Below are positions 46,583 through 58,133 of a stretch of DNA of 64,000 nt, piece by piece. This DNA comes from Macrostomum lignano. Lineage: Eukaryota. The stretch is from the NCBI GenBank assembly GCA_002269645.1, contig NIVC01000617.1:1-64000 (forward strand), in the 5' to 3' direction. Made by a program: the position numbers and the translations under genes. A model generated the notes under the pieces. That model worked only from the letters and a program-made list of their open reading frames with translations. It had not been told where the DNA came from and did not search any database. The number at the start of each line of letters is the position of its first letter. Position 1 is the stretch's first letter.

Positions 46583-49389
46583 TCACCGAACAATTTTAGC
46601 CCGGTTCATCCGCCTCTCCTGCTTCTTCTGTTTTTTAGCATCCGCTTCGGTCTCCTCGGGTGCCGGAGCAAAGAACCATGGGCCAAGGATGTTCACCCAG
46701 AGCAGGTAGAACAGGCGGATGGGGACAGCGATGAGCAGGCAGAAGCAGTAAGTGTGCAGTTGGGCCAGGACCAAGGTGCCCGCAGTCCACAGAAGAACAT
46801 CCTGCCGGCGATAGGTTGCAGATATAGGATAGTATTATATCTTTTATTATTTATTATTTAGTTTTAAATTATATATCTCCGCTTCAAAAAAAGATCTTAC
46901 CCAATCCTGTCTATGATTTCACTTTTTCGATTAAGAGAACTCATCCATTCTACTAGAGATCTCACTCATTCTACTAGAGATCTCACCCATTCTACTAGAG
47001 AGTTCACCTATTCTACTAGAGAGTTCACTCATTCTACTAGAGAGTTCACCCATTCTACTAGAGATCTCACCCATTCTACTAGAGATCTCACCCATTCTAC
47101 TAGAGATCTCACCCATTCTACTAGAGATCTCACCCATTCTACTAGAGATCTCACCCATTCTACTAGAGATCTCACTCATTCTACCTGAGATCTCACCCAT
47201 TCTACTAGAGATCTCACCCATTCTAATAGAGATCTCCCCCGTTCTACAAAGAGATCTCACCCATTCTATTAGAGATCTCACCCATTCTACTAGAGATCTC
47301 ACCCATTCTACAAAGAGATCTCACTCATTCTACTAGAGATCTCACCCATTCTACTAGAGAGTTCACCTATTCTATTAGAGATCTCACCCATTATACTTGA
47401 GATCTCACCCATTCTACTAGAGATCTCACCCATTCTAATAGAGATCTCACCCGTTCTATTAAAGATCTCACCCATTCTACAAAGAGATCTCACCCATTCT
47501 ATTAGAGATCTCACTCATTCTACTAGAGATCTCACCCATTCTACAAAGAGATCGCACCCATTCTACAAAGAGATCTTATTCATTCTACTTGAGATCTCAC
47601 CCATTCTATTAGAGATCTCACCCATTCTACAAAGAGATCTCACCCATTCTATTAGAGATCTCACTCATTCTACTAGAGATCTCACCCATTCTACAAAGAG
47701 ATCGCACCCATTCTACAAAGAGATCTTATTCATTCTACTTGAGATCTCACCCATTCTATTAGAGATCTCACCCATTCTACAAAGAGATCTCACCAATTCT
47801 ACGAAGAGATCTCACCCATTCTACTAGAGATCTCACTCATTCTACTTGAGATCTCACCCATTCTACTAGACATCTCACCCATTCTATTAGAGATCTCACC
47901 CATTCTACAAAAGAGATCGCACCCATTCTACAAAGAGATCTTATTCATTCTACTTGAGATCTCACACATTCTATTAGAGATCTCACCCATTCTACAAAGA
48001 GATCTCACCAATTCTACGAAGAGATCTCACCCATTCTACTAGAGAGTTCACCTATTCTACTAGAGAGTTCACTCATTCTACTAGAGAGTTCACCCATTCT
48101 ACTAGAGATCTCACCCATTCTACTGGAGATCTTACCCATTCTACTAGAGATCTCACCCATTCTACTAGAGATATCACCCATTCTACAAAGAGATCTCACT
48201 CATTCTACTAGAGATCTCACTCATTCTACTAGAGATCTCACCCATTCTACTAGAGATCTCACCCATTCTACAAAGAGATCTCACTCATTCTACTAGAGAT
48301 CTCACTCATTCTACTAGAGATCTCACCCATTCTACTAGAGAGTTCACCTATTCTATTAGAGATCTCACCCATTCTAATAGAGATCTCACCCGTTCTATTA
48401 AAGATCTCACCCATTCTACAAAGAGATCTCACCCATTCTATTAGAGATCTCACCCATTCTACTAGAGATCTCACCCATTCTACAAAGAGATCTCACTCAT
48501 TCTACTAGAGATCTCACTCATTCTACTAGAGATCTCACCCATTCTACTAGAGAGTTCACCTATTCTATTAGAGATCTCACCCATTCTACTTGAGATCTCA
48601 CCCATTCTACTAGAGATCTCACCCATTCTACTTGAGATCTCACCCATTCTACTAGACATCTCACCCATTCTATTAGAGATCTCACCCATTCTACAAAGAG
48701 ATCGCACCCATTCTACAAAGAGATCTTATTCATTCTACTTGAGATCTCACACATTCTATTAGAGATCTCACCCATTCTACAAAGAGATCTCACCAATTCT
48801 ACGAAGAGATCTCACCCATTCTACTAGAGAGTTCACCTATTCTACTAGAGAGTTCACTCATTCTACTAGAGAGTTCACCCATTCTACTAGAGATCTCACC
48901 CATTCTACAAAGAGATCTCACCCATTCTACTAGAGAACTCAACCATTCTACTGGAGATCTCACCCATTCTACTAGAGAACTCAACCATTCTACTGGAGAT
49001 CTCACCCATTCTACTGGAGATCTTACCCATTCTACTAGAGATCTCAGCCATTCTACTAGAAAATAACAAATTACCTTAAAGTGCTCAGCCATGCCGTGCT
49101 CCATATTTAAATCCTGACCGGCATCAACCAGCTGCCCAGTAGGGGAATAAGTGGCCGCTGACATGCTAGACATCACTTTGTACATTCCGCCTAGTAGAGC
49201 TTCGCACACGATAATAAGCGCCAAATGCCAATTAGATATTGAAGACCAAAATAACAGAGTGCAAGGCAAAGCGAACGCATTGACGCCGAGGATAATGCGT
49301 TGATAGAGCTGCAAAGTTGACGCGTTCTCTTCCGTGATTTGTTTCTGGCCTCGGGTGGCCGTTTTGCCCGGCTTGGTTGTTGCTTTCAT
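46583..49389 (-). CDS. TMEM208: Transmembrane protein 208 (SND2 homolog), 2 exons
   Basis: Exon 49075-49389 (KTATRGQKQITEEN...LYQRIILGVN...AGQDLNMEHGMAEHFK) and exon 46583-46801 (DVLLWTA...FYLLWVNILGPWF...KQERR) splice in phase 0. The motifs match the TMEM208 family. Confidence 0.95.
46925..49060. repeat. 21-bp minisatellite (GAGATCTCACCCATTCTACTA) filling the TMEM208 intron, ~100 copies
   Basis: Directly visible. Higher-order variant blocks recur (~47550, 47700, 47915, 48700). Confidence 0.97.
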
Positions 49390-49902
49390 GCCCGCCGCTG
49401 CGGGGGAAGACACGCGGTTTAAATTTTTTTCTTATAAATTCCATTTCTTCTACTTATCAGTAGACAAGTAAAACATTTTATTAACTTTTTTTGTATTTTC
49501 GATTCAAAAAGCCAAGCATAAGAATATTTTTTCGCAGGATAGACAAATTAAACAGATAGTAAGTCTTTATTATTTACTATAATATTTAATTTTTATATTC
49601 TACACAGATTATTTTACAAGGCATCAGAATAATTGTGAAAACCAAGGCGTACATACAGATTAAAACTATACAATTACAAAACTGTATCAAGTGTTTCTCA
49701 GAGTATTCATATTGCATGTTCAATAACTATTGTATGCTACAGGTCATCAAAACGCATATAGGATCTATTCAAGTATAAGGGGCAGACATACACAGACTGA
49801 AATACAGAGCTGTAATACCAAAAATACTGAACTCTATTTATCTCTTTCCAAATGAGTACAGAATATAACGCAATGAGCTTGGCTATGCTCAACGGAACAC
49901 CG

Positions 49903-50762
49903 ATAAACACCCAGATTTATCCAATTAGATACTAACCAATAAACACCCAGCTTTATCCAATAAGACACTGATAAACACCCCAGCTTTATCTAATAAGACA
50001 CTGATAAACACCCAGCTTTATCCAATAAGACACTGATAAACACCCAGCTTTATCCAATAAGACACTGATAAACACCCAGCTTTATCCAATAAGACACTGA
50101 TAAACACCCCAGCTTTATCTAATAAGACACTGATAAACACCCCAGCTTTATCTAATAAGACACTGATAAACACCCAGCTTTATCCAATAAGACACTGATA
50201 AACACCCAGCTTTATCCAATAAGACACTGATAAACACCCAGCTTTATCCAATAAGACACTGATAAACACCCCAGCTTTATCTAATAAGACACTGATAAAC
50301 ACCCAGCTTTATCCAATAAGACACTGATAAACACCCAGCTTTATCCAATAAGACACTGATAAACACCCAGCTTTATCCAATAAGACACTGATAAACACCC
50401 CAGCTTTATCTAATAAGACACTGATAAACACCCCAGCTTTACCCAATAAGACACTAATAAACACCCCAGCTTTATCTAATAAGACACTGATAAACACCCC
50501 AGCTTTATCTAATAAGACACTGATAAACACCCCAGCTTTATCTAATAAGACACTGATAAACACCCCAGCTTTATCTAATAAGACACTGATAAACACCCCA
50601 GCTTTATCCAATAAGACACTGATAAACACCCCAGCTTTATCTAATAAGACACTGATAAACACCCCAGCTTTATCTAATAAGACACTGATAAACACCCCAG
50701 CTTTATCCAATAAGACACTGATAAACACCCCAGCTTTATCTAATAAGACTGATAAACATCCA
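49903..50762. repeat. 32-33-bp minisatellite (ATAAACACCCAGCTTTATCCAATAAGACACTG)
   Basis: Directly visible, between the TMEM208 start and the stop of the upstream gene. Confidence 0.96.
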
Positions 50763-50832
50763 GCTTTATACAACGAGAAGGTTTCAAAGGACACAATGAA
50801 CTCTAAATCTACTAGCAACAACTATTAATTAA

Positions 50833-53800
50833 CTAGAAAGCGACACCCCAAGCTCCCTCAGCTGCCCGTTGAAATTCGCCATCCTCATCAGCATCATCGC
50901 AGCTGTCCTCATCGCTGGGCCTGGCAGCGGCCAGCGGCAGTTCGTCAGCTTCAGCCAGCTGTCTGCAAACGGCCGGATCCGTGGCGAACAGACTGATTCC
51001 AGACTTGTACGCGGCCGGCAGGCACACGTGATGCGCCCATTTCGGTCGGAAACCATCGAATCCTTTGTGCTTAAATTCGCGCAGAGTGCAGATTACCTGT
51101 TTTAGTGTTTTTTGGGATTTAGCCATTTTATAGTGTATAGATGCGTTACACCCTACTGACAAGAAAAAGACGCGCATTTATTTGCCGAAGCATAACGAGA
51201 TACCATCCTTAAATTTTGAACTTTGTCTCCTGTGAACTTCGTGTCTGCCTGTGAACTTCGTGTCTGCCTGTGAACTTCGTGTCTGCCTGTGAAGTCTGTC
51301 TGCCTGTGAACTCTGTGTCTACCTGTGAATTCTGTGTCTGCCTGTGAACTCTGTGTCTACCTGTGAAGTCTGTGTCTGCCTGTGAAGTCTGTGTCTGCCT
51401 GTGAACTCTGTGTCTGCCTGTGAACTCTGTGTCTGTCTGTGAACTTCGTGTCTGTCTGTGAACTTCGTGTCTGCCTGTGAACTTCGTGTCTGTCTGTGAA
51501 CTTCGTGTCTGCCTGTGAACTTCGTTTCTGCCTGTGAACTTCGTGTCTGCCTGTGAACTCTGTGTCTGCCTGTGAACTTCGTGTCTGCCCGTGAACTGTC
51601 TGCCTGTGAACTTCGTGTCTGCCTGTGAACTCTGTGTCTGCCTGTGAACTCTGTGTCTGCCTGTGAACTCTGTGTCTGCCTGTGAACTCTGTGTCTGCCT
51701 GTGAACTCTGTGTCTGCCTGTGAACTCTGTGTCTGCCTGTGAACTTCGTGTCTGCCCGTGAACTGTCTGCCTGTGAACTCTGTGTCTGCCTGTGAACTCT
51801 GTGTCTGCCTGTGAGCTCTGTGTATAGCATAATACACGTGAAAAAGCTAAGCATTCAGCTCCAACTCTCACCTGCCCCAGCACATTCATGCTGGTCCATC
51901 TGGGATCAGGCTGATTAGCCAAAGGCGTTAAATCGTCGTTATTAGTCCAGACTTTGCAGACGTCAGCTTTGCGCACTAACAGTACGGATTCGCTGCAGAG
52001 CTGGGCGCTTAGACTGGGCCAGGTGAGCAGGCTGTGAGGATTCGTGAGATGCACACCTATGGGATAAAAGGGGTATAAGGTTAAATAAAAAGACAATAAA
52101 TTTATTATTTATTATATGAAAAGAATTCTTTTGACGCGGATAAGGGACTACCAAAACACTGAGGGGTGGAAAAGTGTTATTCGAATAATGCATTTGCTCA
52201 GAAGCTGGGATCAGGATATGGGATTAAGATAGAATGTGGGGATCAGATCGGGATATTTTAAATCAGGATGTTGCAAACGGGATGTTAGGATTAGGATGCT
52301 GGGATTACGACAGTTGGGATAAGGAAAGTTGGGATCAGGATTTTGGAATCAGGATGGTTGGGATCAGGACGTTAGGATTAGGACAGGTGGGATTAGGATA
52401 GTTGTGATAAGGATAGTTGGGATCAGGATATTTGGGATCAGGATATTTGGGATCAGGATTTTGGAATCAGGATCATAGTTGGGATCAGGACAGTTGGGAT
52501 CAGGACAATTGGGATCAGGACAGTTGGGATCAGGACAGTTGGGATCAGGACAGTTGGGAACAGGACAGTTGGGATCAGGACAGTTGGGATCAGGACAATT
52601 GGGATCAGGACAATTGGGATCAGGACAGTTGGGATCAGGACAGTTGGGATCAGGACAGTTGGGAACAGGACGTATGTGTTTTAGAGCCGCCATATCACCT
52701 TCGTGAGTGACGCCGTACACCATCTGGTGATGCCAGGCGTCCGCGACAACGCGAGAACCGTTGCCTCCACCAGCGCCAGAAGCTGCAGTGGCGGCGGCGG
52801 CGTCGGCAGACGGAGAGGCGGCACCGGTAGAGACGGCAGCGCCGCCAATCACCTGAGGATTGAGCGTAACTATGGGAACGGCGCCCCGACGCATCCAGTC
52901 GGATAGCCAGCGATGCAAGCCGTTTCTGCCTGGCAGGTTGGTTACATCAGGTTAGATTGTGGGATCATATGAGAACGTAGTGTGAGGATTCAGAATGTGG
53001 GAACAGAGAATTAGATAGAATGAACAGAGTATGGGATTAGGGTGTGGGATCATAAATTGTAATGTGAGCTCAGTGTGGAATCAGGGTGTGGGATCAGATC
53101 GTGAGCTCAGAGTGTGGGATCAGAGCGTGAGCTCAGAGTGTGGGATCAGAGCGTGAGCTCAGAGTGTGGGATCAGAGCGTGAGCTCAGAGTGTGGGATCA
53201 GAGCGTGAGCTCAGAGTGTGGGATCAGAGCGTGAGCTCAGAGTGTGGGATCAGAGCGTGAGCTCAGAGTGTTGGATCAGTGTGGGATTAATGTGAGATCA
53301 GAGTGTGGGAGATCAGAGTGTGAGAATCATAGTGTGAGATCAGTGTGAGATCAGAGTGAGATCAGAGTGTGAGATCAGAGTGTGGTATCAGAGTGTGGGA
53401 TCAGAGTGTGAGATCAGAGTGTGAGATCAGAGTGTGAGATCAGAGTGTGGTATCAGAGTGTGGGATCAGAGTGTGAGATCAGAGTGTGGTATCAGAGTGT
53501 TGGATCAGTGTGGGATTAATGTGAGATCAGGGTGTGGGAATCTTAGTGTGGGATCCTACTAACCTGGCAGCTTCCTCCTTGGATGGCAGGCAAAGAACCT
53601 TGCCCGCACTCGGCCGTTAGTGAACCGCTGCACTCCGTCAATCAACTCCTGGGCTGTGGTGCCAGCCCGCGCCCTGGACAGCAAGTAGGCGGTCAGGCCG
53701 GCATTGTGTACTCGAAGCGAAGCCGGCACAGCGGCAGACAGCTCCACTGGATCGACATCAATGCCCAGCGCTTTCATTGCGCAGATAAGTGCAGCCGGAC

Positions 53801-55769
53801 CGCACGAACTCGGACCCAGTTTACCAACGCCGCTGGCTCCTCCGCTTCCTAGCAACTGTAGCTCGACGTGCTGCGCTTCGGTTGGACTCCACAGCCAGTA
53901 CTGCGATCGGCTGGTATCGGCCGCCTCTTTTCTTCTGCTGCTGAAGCGTTGCTGCTGCTGCTGTTGCTCATGCTGTCTCGGCTGCTTTGGCGCCGTTGCG
54001 GCGCTTAAATTATTAATACCAGCTGCGACAGTAGCGGCGGCGCCAGTGTCATCGGCTGCGCTTGGCGCCGTGGTGCTACTGCCGCCTCCGCCGCCGCCGC
54101 TGCTGAGGTCATTCAAATAGTCGAGTCCCTGCCAGATGTTGGCGGTTGGGGCGGCGGCGGCGGGGAAGTCGGAAGACGTGGTGGCGGTGGCGGTGGCGGT
54201 GGTGGCGGTGGCAGATGCCGCGTTTGCTGCGGCTGCAGAGGCGGCTGCTGCTGCTACGGCTGCGGCGTTGGCGGCGGCGGCAGCTGATAATGCCATGGCC
54301 ATTGTTAGCGGTTCGGCTGAGTACCGGTCGTAGCCCAGGGCTGCTGCGGGAATAATTGTTAGTCTTTGTACCGAATCTCCCCATGAGAGTCTGAGACTTG
54401 CCCCAATGTCAAAAATCTCCCCTGTGAGAGTCTGAGACTTGCCCCAATGTCAAGAGTCTTCCCCATGAGCGTCTGAGACTTGCCCCAATGTCAAGAGTCT
54501 TCCCCATGAGCGTCTGAGACTTGCCCCAATGTCAAGAATCTTCCCCCCTGAGAGTCTGAGACTTGCCCCAATGTCAAGAATCTTCCCCCTGAGAGGCTGA
54601 GACTTGTCCCAACGTCAAGAATCCCCCCACTGAGAGTCTGAGACTTGTCCCAACCCCAAAAATCCTTCACTAAGAGTCTGACTTGCCCCAATATTCACAA
54701 TATCAAGAATCTCCCCCTGAGAGTCTGAGACTTGCTCCAATGCCAAGAATCTCCCCTGAGAGTTTGAGACTTGTCCCAACGTCATGAAACTCCCCACTGA
54801 GAGTCTGAGACTTGTCCCAACGTCATGAATCTCCCCACTGAGAGTCTGAGACTTGTCCCAACGTCAGGAACCCCTTCCCCACTAAGATTCTGACTTGCCC
54901 TAATATTCACAATATCAAGAATCTAGCCCATGAGAGTCTGAGACTTGCCCCAATGTCAAGAATCTCCCCACTGAGAGTCTGAGACTTGTACCAATGTCAA
55001 GAATCTCCCCACTGAGAGTCTGAGACTTGTCCCAACGTCAGGAACCCCTTCCCCACTAAGATTCTGACTTGCCCTAATATTCACAATATCAAGAATCTAG
55101 CCCATGAGAGTCTGAGACTTGCCCCAATGTCAAGAACCAATGCCAGCCCACTAAAACAGCGGCAGACTCACCATCTCCCAGACCGCCAACATTGTCATTC
55201 TCATCCGATGTATCCACGTGCTCGTCAATCTCAGCATCTGCAGACCCTAACGCAGCGGCATCATGGCCCGTCACATTGTTACCGTGCCTGCTGACTAACT
55301 CAACAACACCCGCTCCACCAGCGGCACCAGCATTATCATCCTCATTATCTTCATCTTCGGCTCCATTAACATCGATATCGATAAAATCTCCCATAGCTTC
55401 GGTGACAGGTCCCTGCTGATTGGCTAACAAGGCTCCTGCTGCTGCTGCACCCGCAGCCGCTGCGGGACCCCCCATGGCGTTGTTGGCTCTGGCAGCGACG
55501 GCATTCCTCACGGGACCCGCAGCGCCGCCTACAGCCGCCGGCTCCCTGCCATGCTCTTGACCATCTAGCAGCTCCTGGCGCGGATTGGCAGGACGCCAAA
55601 CTAGAACGGCCTCCTCATCTAGACTGTTGTTATCATCGTCTGACAGGTTGGCGGCATCATTGTCCTGATCGTTGCCATGGGCAACAGCCATCACTGCTCG
55701 CTGGGGGGACTGCTGTCTATCAGTAGCATTGAACTGTTGTTGCAAGAAATTCATATGTTGAGCATTGGG
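50833..55769 (-). CDS. Uncharacterised protein with papain-like/peptidase C39-like domain and long low-complexity N-terminus (5' end incomplete)
   Basis: Exons 55172-55769, 53564-54343, 52699-52929, 51871-52056 and 50833-51096 splice in frame (phases 1,1,1,0). Motifs SSCGPAALICAMKALG (Cys), DAWHHQMVYG (His) and VHLTNP (Asn) have the spacing of C39-like cysteine-peptidase folds. Confidence 0.75.
51226..51820. repeat. 19-bp minisatellite (CTGTGAACTCTGTGTCTGC), intronic
   Basis: Directly visible. Confidence 0.95.
52205..52670. repeat. 15-bp minisatellite (GGGATCAGGACAGTT), intronic
   Basis: Directly visible. Confidence 0.92.
53085..53555. repeat. 13/26-bp minisatellite (GGGATCAGAGCGTGAGCTCAGAGTGT / GAGATCAGAGTGT), intronic
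   Basis: Directly visible. Confidence 0.92.
54378..55135. repeat. ~36-38-bp minisatellite (GAGAGTCTGAGACTTGCCCCAATGTCAAGAATCTCCCC), intronic
   Basis: Directly visible. Confidence 0.92.
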
Positions 55770-58086
55770 CTGCAACAGAGGTTTTATAATAGTTTCCTAG
55801 TTTAATGTTAATTATAATCCATTAGAGCTACTATATACAGTATTTGCAACCTCACAGCTGTGCAACTTAGTTTTTCACCAAAAATTCAACATACCACAAT
55901 TTTAATTCACCCTTTGAATGTGACTCTTATTAACATATAATTGCATTTAGCCTTTAGCTTCAGACTTTGATTTTGCTAAAATTAAACTAAACTTTTTTAT
56001 CATGGCTAGTTGTAATTTGCTCTATATTTCATGTTGTTATTAAAATTAAAATACAAATTGCAAAATCGTGCCAGAGCATTTAAGTGAAAAAGCTTGTTGG
56101 CTAGTTCAACCACCTTTTGAAGTGTTTTATTTGAGTCTAAATAAGTCATAAGCACATTTATTTAGATAAAAAAGGGGTCAGACATGATCATGATTGTGAA
56201 TTTCTTAAACCAGTTTGAGGTCTTGAAATCTTTTTTGCTTTAAATTATTTTAATTAGAACTTTTCTATTTCATTTACAAAAATAAAAACATGAGCATGAA
56301 TGTGTAAAAGAGTAACGATAGTTTATATTTACTAGTATTACCAAGCATCTAGTTTGTAATAAAATGGATAACAGCTGTTTGTAACTTTTGGTATCAATCT
56401 TATAAATTCATTGAAAAAGTTCCATTAAAAGTATAATTGCCATTACTTACTTGTTTTATGTCTTAGTTAGTTGTAGATCAGGGGTCAGCAATATTTTCAG
56501 AGCAAGGGCCAAATAGTGAAAGTTTCAAGGGCTTAGAGGCCAATAATAAAGATTTAAAAAACCATTGAAATTCCCTCACTGCAAAAAACCTGTCTTGTTC
56601 CTTTTTTCTCACTCTAATCCCAATAACCACCCCTTTGGAAACATTTAGACCTACATCCAATCTACTTTTTCCCACAGAAAGCCACCATAGGATAGGGATA
56701 ATAAAGGCAAAAGCAAGAGAAAATTAAGTGAAAAGCTCAGGGGGTGGATGCAATTCTAGATCATCAAGGGCCTTGGGGGCTAGATTAGAAGGCTTTGTTT
56801 GGGGGAGGCAGATCCAGCCCTAGGGCTGGAGTTTGCTGATGCTTGTTGTAAATAATGATTTAAAAAAAAGTATAGTGAATTAATTGCAAACTTAATAATA
56901 CAATTATATGGCCTGCCAATACAAGCTTATAAGCCCTATTGGAAGAAGATAACAAATTGCAGATAGCTATCTGTCATATTTTCAATATTTTCTAGTGTTA
57001 TTAAAATTACTTTGAATATAGTTTTAGAATTTTTAATTTATTTTCTAGGTTTTCGCATAGATCATTTATCTATTTTTTGCCATGTTTTATTGTTTTTTTA
57101 ATTGTAAATTCTTATGTCATGTTGCACTTTTTTCATTCATTTGACTTGTGTATTGCATATTTGGGCTACTTGCCTTATTTATTCACTTGCCTTAATTTGG
57201 GCTAACTGACTTAAGATATAGTCACCTGGTGTAATCTGTTGAAGGAGCCGACAGTGTTGGGATGATGACGGAATGCTTGAGAGACTAGCTGAGAATGTCT
57301 GGCGGTTGATTCTTGCCCACTGTCGAGGCTTGATCGGCGAAACTAGAGAAATCCGCATCAGGGTGTCCATAGTCACCTGGTGCCATAGCTGTTGAGGGTC
57401 CAGAAGCTCCACTTGGGTGAAGGCTAGTGACCAACGAAGTCAGAACTGATGCAGACACGTGTTTGACGTGCTGATGAAATTTGGAGACTTGGCAAGGCTG
57501 CACTGAGGCGCAGTGCTAATTGGCGCACAGGGGTGTACTGAATACACTAGCACTTATGGGAAAAATCCGACCTTCTGGCAGAATCATCGAATATCTCGAT
57601 GGTCTGAAGGGCTGGCGACTTGATTCTTGTTTAAGAAAGTGCACAACAAAAAGTTAGCCCGTGTTCTTGAATTTCGTGTGCCTGCGTTGCTCCATTCCGG
57701 CGCAGCGAAAAAATTGTCAGGGGGGATTCCCCCCCCCTCTTGGTAGTTCTACTGTTGTATAGGTGTTTCTTGTTTTCTATTTTGGTTTACATTTTTACCA
57801 TATGCCAGTGCAATGGCATACAAATTTACTATGGCATAAGTATTTTGATATACTGGATATATACTGCCAAGCATATTTTTAGGTCCACTGTATATATGCT
57901 AGAATTTTCTTTCTTCTAGAATGCTAGAATGGTAGAAGATTTGAAAGTGGGATAATAGGATATATTCATTTTACAAAGCCTTTCTAGTTAGCTCTCAAGT
58001 CCTATAAAACTTCACAATAATAATCCCACCCTTTAAATATTTATATCACTTCTTAGCATTCTTTCTTTCTCTTTTCTTTATTACAT

Positions 58087-58087
<1 letters not shown>

Positions 58088-58132
<45 letters not shown>
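58088..58132. repeat. (TC)n microsatellite
   Basis: Directly visible. Confidence 0.95.

Positions 58133-58133
<1 letters not shown>

Noticed and set aside
46913-49075. (HSTRDLT)n / (MGEISSR)n ORFs and the C-terminal extension of the 48799-49413 ORF
   Set aside because: Intronic 21-bp repeat. TMEM208 splices out at the 49075 donor.
52364-52710. (NCPDP)n / collagen-like (GSGQL)n peptides
   Set aside because: Intronic 15-bp repeat after the 52699 donor.
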